NCBI GenBank assembly: GCA_965242685.1
Contig: OZ251487.1
Coordinates: 547,340-611,339 of the forward strand
Source: Gammaproteobacteria bacterium
Lineage (GTDB): Bacteria > Pseudomonadota > Gammaproteobacteria > UBA4575
Direction: 5' to 3'
Length of the DNA: 64,000 nucleotides
The notes under the pieces are model-generated. The model made no database searches. It had not been told where the DNA came from and was given only the letters and a program-made list of their open reading frames with translations. This document shows, piece after piece, positions 40,541 to 47,204 of this stretch. Positions within the stretch are counted from its first letter, which is position 1. Each line of letters opens with the position of its first letter. The position numbers and the translations under genes are program-made.

Positions 40541-43183
40541 ATGGCCAGAAAAAAGAGAGTTACCGGTAGAAAGAAGGCCATTGAGGCCTACACGCACGAT
40601 GATAAGGAGCGGGTGAATAATCCGCCGGTGGGGCTGGTGACGGCGGCGACCGATCCGGCGCCGGCTTCAGAGGGTAGGAAGGCGGGAAAGAAAACTTATC
40701 AGTACGATCCGCACATCGATCCGTCCTTGCAGTGGGCGGGGAAGGCGGAGCGGCTGTCGTTTGAGGTGCCGACGGAGTCGCTGCACGTCCACGAGCGGGT
40801 CGAGGCGGCGACGATCCTGAAGGCGGTGGGCAGGAAGAACGGCGACGACGGCGCGCAGCCGTCTCTATTTGGCACGCCCGAGCAGAATCCGCCTTTGCAT
40901 AAGGCGGTGGAGTTTTACCGGCATCGGCACGGCTGGAGCAATCGGCTGATCGCGGGCGACAGTCTGTTGGTGATGAATTCGTTGTTGGAGAAAGAGGGGA
41001 TGGCGGGGAAGGTGCAGTGCGTGTACATGGATCCGCCCTATGGAATTAAATACGGCAGCAACTTTCAGGCGTTTACGAACAAGCGGGAGGTGCGGGACGG
41101 CAGGGACGAGGATTTGACGGGCGAGCCGGAGACGATACGGGCGTTTCGGGACACGTGGGAGCTGGGGATCCACTCGTATTTGGCGTATATGCGAGACCGG
41201 CTGTGGCTGGCACGGGAGATGTTGACCGAAAGCGGCTCGTGTTTTGTGCAGATCGGCGATAAAAACGTATATCGGATGGGGCTGCTGATGGATGATGTGT
41301 TCGGCGCCGACAACCGCATCACGACGATCACGTATGCCAGCACGGGGGCAAGTTCGGCCAAGATGCTGCCAGACGTAGCAAACTATCTGCTGTGGTACGC
41401 CAAAGATAAGGCTAAGGCCGAGGCCAAGTATCGGCAGTTGTATGAAACGCTGACCCGATCGGAGGTGATCGATCTCTGGTGGCATGTAATGGTGGAGCTG
41501 GCCGACGGAACGTGTAGGAAGCTGACGCAGGAAGAGCGTTTTGATCCGGATGCGCATTTGCCGAAAGGGGCGCGCCTATATAGGCGAGTGCCTCTGGATT
41601 CGCAAGGGGTTTCCACGACCGGACGGTCCGAACCGTATGTTTTCGATGGCCGTACTTTTCATTGCGGAAAAAATCGTCAGTGGGCAGTTTCCAAAGAAGG
41701 GATGGACAGGTTAGCGGCGTTGAACCGATTGGAGCCCGCTGGAAAGTCATTGATGTGGAAGCAATATGAGGACGAAGTACCCGGGCGGCAAGTCAATAAT
41801 GTATGGCCGGTAAGGATGCGTGCAGACAATAAGAAATATGTGGTGCAGACTTCGCCCGAGACGATAAAGCGTTGCATCCTGATGACGACGGATCCGGGCG
41901 ATCTGGTGTTGGATCCGACCTGCGGCAGCGGGACGACGGCGTTTGTCGCCGAGCAGTGGGGGCGACGGTGGATCACGTGCGACACGTCGCGGGTGGCAGT
42001 AGCGGTGGCGAAACAGCGGTTGATGACGGCGGTGTTTGACTATTACCGGCTTGCCCATCCGGATGAAGGCGTGGGCAGGGGGTTTGCGTATCGGCAGGTG
42101 GAGACGGTCTCGCCCCGCATTTTGGGGTATGACGAGCCGAAGACGCCCGTACCGCTGGTCGATCAGCCGTTGAAGGATAGCAAGAAGGCGCGGGTGACGG
42201 GGCCGTTTACGGTGGAGGCGGTGCCGGCGGCGCGAGTGAAGTCGGTGACGGAGGTGATGGAGGGAAATTTGACGCCTGATGTCTCACGTAGTGGCGAGAC
42301 GCTGCAAGCGGTAGACGAGGAGTTTGACGCCGATACTTCTATTTCCCGTTCCGGCGAGACGCTGCGCCAGCAGGAATGGCGGGATGAGCTGTTGAAGTCG
42401 GGGATCCGCGGCAAGCGGGGGCAGCGGATCAGCTTCTCCCGTATCGAGGCGTTTCCGGGGCGGTATCTGCACGCCGATGCGGAAACCCGTGTCGATGAAC
42501 AGGAGGCGGATGAGGAAGGGGGCGGGGGTGAGAGAGCGGTGATCTGCTTCGGGCCGGAATTTGCACCGATGGGAACACGGCAGGTCGGGCGCGCCCTAGA
42601 AGAAGCGAACACGCTGGTACCGAAGCCATCGATGATCGTGTTTTGCGCCTTTCAGTTTGATCCGGAGGCCGCTAAGGACATCGACAAAACCAACTGGCCG
42701 GGGGTGACGCTGCTCAAGGCGCAGATGAACGCCGACCTGCAAACGTATGATCTGAGAAAGAAACAACGGAGCAGCGATAGTTTCTGGCTGATCGGTCAAC
42801 CGGATGTGGGAGTGGAACAGATAATGGAAGGGAAAGACCGCGACAAGTGGCGGGTGGAGGTGCGCGGCTTTGACTATTTCAACACGAAGACGGGGGAGGC
42901 CGGCGTGGAGTCCGGCGACGAAAAACGGATCGCCGTGTGGATGCTGGATACCGACTACGATGGGCGGAGCCTGTATCCGCGCCAGGTGTTTTTCCCGATG
43001 GCGGGGCAGCAGGACGGCTGGGCGCGGCTGGCTAAGAACCTGAAGGCGGAGATCGATGCGGAGTTGATCGAGGCGTATAGAGGCACGGTGTCACTGCCGT
43101 TTAAGGCAGGCGAGAATAGACGGATCGCGGTTAAGATCGTGGATGATAGGGGGATCGAAAGTTTGAAAGTGGTGGAGTTGTGA
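40541..43183 (+). CDS. Type III-like (beta-class) N6-adenine/N4-cytosine DNA methyltransferase, Mod-like
   Basis: Motif IV 'MDPPYG' (D codon at 41030) precedes motif I 'LDPTCGSGTTAFVAEQWGRRWITCD' (from 41912). The ~350-aa C-terminal extension ends 'IAVKIVDDRGIESLKVV', typical of large Mod-like enzymes. Confidence 0.85.
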   Translation: MARKKRVTGRKKAIEAYTHDDKERVNNPPVGLVTAATDPAPASEGRKAGKKTYQYDPHIDPSLQWAGKAERLSFEVPTESLHVHERVEAATILKAVGRKNGDDGAQPSLFGTPEQNPPLHKAVEFYRHRHGWSNRLIAGDSLLVMNSLLEKEGMAGKVQCVYMDPPYGIKYGSNFQAFTNKREVRDGRDEDLTGEPETIRAFRDTWELGIHSYLAYMRDRLWLAREMLTESGSCFVQIGDKNVYRMGLLMDDVFGADNRITTITYASTGASSAKMLPDVANYLLWYAKDKAKAEAKYRQLYETLTRSEVIDLWWHVMVELADGTCRKLTQEERFDPDAHLPKGARLYRRVPLDSQGVSTTGRSEPYVFDGRTFHCGKNRQWAVSKEGMDRLAALNRLEPAGKSLMWKQYEDEVPGRQVNNVWPVRMRADNKKYVVQTSPETIKRCILMTTDPGDLVLDPTCGSGTTAFVAEQWGRRWITCDTSRVAVAVAKQRLMTAVFDYYRLAHPDEGVGRGFAYRQVETVSPRILGYDEPKTPVPLVDQPLKDSKKARVTGPFTVEAVPAARVKSVTEVMEGNLTPDVSRSGETLQAVDEEFDADTSISRSGETLRQQEWRDELLKSGIRGKRGQRISFSRIEAFPGRYLHADAETRVDEQEADEEGGGGERAVICFGPEFAPMGTRQVGRALEEANTLVPKPSMIVFCAFQFDPEAAKDIDKTNWPGVTLLKAQMNADLQTYDLRKKQRSSDSFWLIGQPDVGVEQIMEGKDRDKWRVEVRGFDYFNTKTGEAGVESGDEKRIAVWMLDTDYDGRSLYPRQVFFPMAGQQDGWARLAKNLKAEIDAELIEAYRGTVSLPFKAGENRRIAVKIVDDRGIESLKVVEL

Positions 43184-43251
43184 GTGGAAGGCTTGCGGAA
43201 ATTTTGACGTTTGATGTTGATATTTTTACCGATTTGTAAATATTTGGTTGG

Positions 43252-45969
43252 TTGGTGATGTTGGAAAGAGAGGTAGAGATTGTGGGTGAGACTGTGGGCG
43301 AATTTCGGGGGGCGTATCTTGGCGCGCGTTTTTATAAGTGCGCGTTGCAGGTGAATCCATCTACGTATGCCGAAGAGTATCAGGGGAAACTGGCTCAGAA
43401 AGAAGACGAATACAACCATGAAATTTGGCGGCAGTGCGAAAAAAATGGCATTGAAATTGTAGGGCTTGCCGACCATGGCCAGGTTGAAAGCTCGGAAGGT
43501 TTGCGGAAATTTTTGACAGAAAAGGACATCACCGTGTTTCCAGGGTTTGAGATTGCCAGCTCTGAAAAGATTCACATGGTTTGTCTTTATGCCAAAAATA
43601 CTGACTCGGACACACTCAACGGGTACCTTGGTCAGTTGATGGGTACGAATTTCAAAAAACTTGAACAGCAGCGAACCTACCCATCTTCACTCAGCTGTGA
43701 GGATATCGACAAAAAAATCAAAGAGCAGGATGGCTTCTGGTATGCCGCACACATGACGGGCAGAAACGGTTTATTAAGATTGGATGGCAGCGGTGGTGGC
43801 CTTGCTCATCTGTGGAAAAAAGATGAGTTAGTCATAGCTGGACAAATCCCCGTCAAAATAGAAGGCTTGAGGGATAACTACAGGAAAATTATAGAAAATA
43901 AGAACCCTGATTATGAAAGAAAAAAGCCTATTGTTATTATCAACGCCAAGGATGTATATGAGCCGGAAACATTGTCAAACCCCGCCGCTTCCTGCCTGGT
44001 GAAAATGACCACGCCTACTTTTGATGCCTTCAAAAAAGCGTTTCACGATCCTGAATCCCGCATTCGATTGAACCATGATGTTCCAGAAAAACCTTATTCA
44101 GTCATCAATTCCATTCAATGGGAAGTTGGCGGGTTTTTTAAGGAAAATACACTGTGTTTCTCCAAACATCTGAACACCGTCATTGGTGGGCGCGGTACCG
44201 GCAAGACAACCTTGGTTGAAGGCATACGCTATGTCCTGGGTCTGCCTATACCGAAAGGAAGCGACAAGGAGCTGAATGAGTTTTATAAAAGGAATCTGGG
44301 CGATTCAAAAATTACTCTGCATGTTACTTCAAAGGCACAGGGTCGGCAGCGTTACACGATCAGTAGGAGGTTTGGCGAACATGCGATTGTGAAAAATGCT
44401 GAGGGAGGTATTTCTCATCTCCTTCCGGAAGATATTTTGCCTGACGTTAAGCTATTAGGGCAAAACGAGATACTGGATATTGCAAAAGACGATGCCGAAA
44501 AACTGTCATTGATTCAAAGTTTCTTACCCGATAGCTCCAAGCTTGATGAGAATCTTCAAAGGATTAAACGAGAGATGGCAAACAACAGAGAGCAGCGGGT
44601 CAAGGCGAATGAGGAGTTTGATCGGTTAGAAAGTGAGGTACAGAAGAAACCGAAGCTGGAAGAGCAACTAGAGCATTTTAAGAAACTGGGCATAGAACAA
44701 AAATTAAAGAATGCTAAACAGATTGAGAAGGAAAAAAATATTCAGGCAAGTATTGAGGGGCAGATTGAAAAGGTTGAAGTATGGCTGGAACGTTACGAGG
44801 AAGTGTTTGATTTAGAGTTTTTGCAAGAAACCAGAATTGAATCCTTACCCAATAAAACTATTTTCGAAAAGGAACGAGACATATTTGAGAAGCTTAAAGG
44901 CCATCTGGATACTTCTGTCGGGCAGGCCAATAAAAATTTGGAAGTCGCCATCAATGAACATAGTGGATTAAAAAAAGAGTGGCAGACCGAAGCCGATAAA
45001 ATCAAGGGCGAGCGACAGCAGGCAATTGCTCAATTACCTGGACATGCCGGGAAAACAGGTGAGGAACTGGGAAAGGAGTACACTGATCTTATCCGTTCAC
45101 TGGAATATATAGAGAGGCAAAAAATTGAATACACACGGCAAAAAAAATTGATCAAAACTCTTAAGGAAGAGAGGAAAGAACTGCTGGAAGTATATCGTGA
45201 AACCGCTTTCAATCGTTTTAAGGCTTTGAGAGAAACCGCCGAAGAGTTAAATCGAGACAATCTGAAAGGGAAGGTGAAACTTAAGGTGAAACGTTTTGGC
45301 AATAAGCAGCCTCTTAAAGATTTTTTGTGCACCATCGACGGTATAGGTGAAGCTAAAATAAAATGGTTGGATAAAGTGGAAACCCTGGATTTGTTAGCCT
45401 GGTCAGAATGGATAAAAGAAAAAAATAGAGAGGCCTTTATGGATGCATACCGAGATTATGGGTTGCAAAAGGGCACCGTTGAAAAATTATTGGGTCCTGA
45501 CTTAGGGAAGAGACTCAAACTGGAAGAGATCGAATTGGAAGAGAAGGTTGAGATCGAATTGAATGTTGCGCACGACGGTGGGGAAAATTATAGGCCACTG
45601 GAATATCTTTCCACCGGTCAGCAATGTACCGCTATTCTCAACCTGCTGCTATTAAATTTAAATTGTGATGATCCACTGATCATCGACCAGCCGGAAGATC
45701 ATCTGGATAACGCCTTCATCGCCGACCGTATCGTGCATGATTTAAGAGAATTTAAGACCAGAAGGCAATTTATTTTTACAACCCACAACGCCAATATCCC
45801 GGTTTTTGGCGATGCCGAATTGATCGCGGTGCTAGATAGTGAAAGGAACGAGGGAGAGGTTAAAGAAGCAGGCTCTATTGATAAAAAAGAGATATGCGAA
45901 CAAACGGCCCAGATACTGGAGGGCGGCGAGGCGGCCTTCCAAATGCGCAGACGTAAGTACGGCTATTAA
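43252..45969 (+). CDS. PHP-like domain fused to ABC/SMC-type (RecF/RecN/OLD-class) ATPase with coiled-coil insert
   Basis: N-terminal PHP-like motifs ('GLADHG', 'FPGFEIAS', 'IHMVCLY', 'YAAHM'). Walker A 'GGRGTGKTT' at 44185..44208, a ~400-aa K/E-rich coiled coil, signature 'LSTGQQ', Walker B 'LIIDQPEDHLD' at 45676..45708, and 'TTHNANIPV'. The architecture recalls proteins I remember as TrlF-family AAA-like ATPases (unverified). Confidence 0.7.
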   Translation: MVMLEREVEIVGETVGEFRGAYLGARFYKCALQVNPSTYAEEYQGKLAQKEDEYNHEIWRQCEKNGIEIVGLADHGQVESSEGLRKFLTEKDITVFPGFEIASSEKIHMVCLYAKNTDSDTLNGYLGQLMGTNFKKLEQQRTYPSSLSCEDIDKKIKEQDGFWYAAHMTGRNGLLRLDGSGGGLAHLWKKDELVIAGQIPVKIEGLRDNYRKIIENKNPDYERKKPIVIINAKDVYEPETLSNPAASCLVKMTTPTFDAFKKAFHDPESRIRLNHDVPEKPYSVINSIQWEVGGFFKENTLCFSKHLNTVIGGRGTGKTTLVEGIRYVLGLPIPKGSDKELNEFYKRNLGDSKITLHVTSKAQGRQRYTISRRFGEHAIVKNAEGGISHLLPEDILPDVKLLGQNEILDIAKDDAEKLSLIQSFLPDSSKLDENLQRIKREMANNREQRVKANEEFDRLESEVQKKPKLEEQLEHFKKLGIEQKLKNAKQIEKEKNIQASIEGQIEKVEVWLERYEEVFDLEFLQETRIESLPNKTIFEKERDIFEKLKGHLDTSVGQANKNLEVAINEHSGLKKEWQTEADKIKGERQQAIAQLPGHAGKTGEELGKEYTDLIRSLEYIERQKIEYTRQKKLIKTLKEERKELLEVYRETAFNRFKALRETAEELNRDNLKGKVKLKVKRFGNKQPLKDFLCTIDGIGEAKIKWLDKVETLDLLAWSEWIKEKNREAFMDAYRDYGLQKGTVEKLLGPDLGKRLKLEEIELEEKVEIELNVAHDGGENYRPLEYLSTGQQCTAILNLLLLNLNCDDPLIIDQPEDHLDNAFIADRIVHDLREFKTRRQFIFTTHNANIPVFGDAELIAVLDSERNEGEVKEAGSIDKKEICEQTAQILEGGEAAFQMRRRKYGY

Positions 45970-45971
45970 GG

Positions 45972-47204
45972 ATGTTGAAAAGCGAGGTATTAAAACTCAT
46001 TGGGCAAGGCGAGGGCGCCAAGCTTGAGTTTAAGCGCGATGACGAGCATTCGAAACAACTTGTCAAAGTGCTTGCCAAAGCGATTGTCGCCTTTGCCAAT
46101 ATGAATGGCGGTAAGATTCTGCTCGGTGTCGAGGATGACGGCAAGGTTAGCGGCATCCAACGGGGCAATCTTCAGGAGTGGCTTATGGATACGGTCATCG
46201 GCAGATATGTTCATCCATTTATATTGCCGGATTACGAAGAGGTCGACGTTGAAGGAAAGCGGGTGGCCGTTGTAACCGTTCCTCAAGGTACCAGCAAGCC
46301 ATACTTTCTCAAAGATAAGGATCGCGAAGATGTTTATGTTCGGTATGGAAATGTTTGCAAGTTGGCGGGGCTTGAACAACTGGCCCGGTTGCTTGATTCG
46401 GGAGGTTTGTTAGCCGCAGAGACGTTTCCCGTACATGGTTCCTCTATCGAGGATTTGGATGAGCGGCGTTATGTCGAGTATTTTGAGAGGGTGCTAAAAG
46501 ACCCCGAGGCAAAAGACTGGGGAAAGGAAGACTGGCAGCAAATATTATTTAATCAAAGTTTTCTTGTAGGGGACGATGCCGCCTCATCGGTTTGTAGTTA
46601 TTTTGCTTATGCGCTGTTTGCCAAGCGGCCCGGATTGAGGCTGCCGAAGGCTGAGGCACGTATCACGATATACCCTGGCGAAGATAAGGATTACCATAGC
46701 GATTATGACGAAGTCCTGGACGCGCCTTTTGTTGGGTTTCGCGGCGAGAACTATCCCACGAGTCAGGCTATCGAGCCTACCTTGCATGAAAGGTTGATCG
46801 CAGCTATTAAGCGGCATTTCAGCAAAGAGGAATTGCAGGGAACGGCGCGGCGACGATTCTGGGACTATCCTCCTAAAGTCGTCAGGGAATTGATAATCAA
46901 TGCACTCGTGCACAGGGACTGGACAAAGAGTAACTATGTGCGCGTAACCGTTTATAGCAATCGCCTGGAAGTTACCAGCCCCGGCGGGCTGCCTAACGGA
47001 CTGACCATAGAAAAGATCAAGAGCGGTGCGCAAGTGTCACGCAATCCACAGTGCGTGAGAATTTTCAGAAATTATGAGTATTTGGAAGATGAGGGCATGG
47101 GTATACGGCGCAAGGTTATCCCGTTGATGCGTGAACATAATGGCACAGAGCCGGAGTTTGAGGACTCTGAACATCATTTCAAAGTGACGCTGTGGAAGAA
47201 ATAG
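45972..47204 (+). CDS. AlbA_2 (Schlafen-type DNA/RNA-binding) + HATPase_c_4-like domain protein
   Basis: N-terminal 'GEGAKLEFKRD...AFANMNGGKILLGVEDDG' and C-terminal 'ELIINALVHRDW...VTSPGGLPNG'. Starts 2 nt after the upstream stop and overlaps the res start by 13 nt. Confidence 0.7.
   Translation: MLKSEVLKLIGQGEGAKLEFKRDDEHSKQLVKVLAKAIVAFANMNGGKILLGVEDDGKVSGIQRGNLQEWLMDTVIGRYVHPFILPDYEEVDVEGKRVAVVTVPQGTSKPYFLKDKDREDVYVRYGNVCKLAGLEQLARLLDSGGLLAAETFPVHGSSIEDLDERRYVEYFERVLKDPEAKDWGKEDWQQILFNQSFLVGDDAASSVCSYFAYALFAKRPGLRLPKAEARITIYPGEDKDYHSDYDEVLDAPFVGFRGENYPTSQAIEPTLHERLIAAIKRHFSKEELQGTARRRFWDYPPKVVRELIINALVHRDWTKSNYVRVTVYSNRLEVTSPGGLPNGLTIEKIKSGAQVSRNPQCVRIFRNYEYLEDEGMGIRRKVIPLMREHNGTEPEFEDSEHHFKVTLWKK

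Noticed and set aside
40865-41557. 230-aa antisense ORF inside the methyltransferase gene. Similar long shadow ORFs occur at 49043..49852, 50736..51548, 61449..62282, 11868..12542 and 8233..8748.
   Set aside because: All lie opposite to, or out of frame with, genes that have clear catalytic motifs. They are rich in R/P/G/H, as expected for antisense frames of GC-rich coding DNA, and have no motifs of their own.
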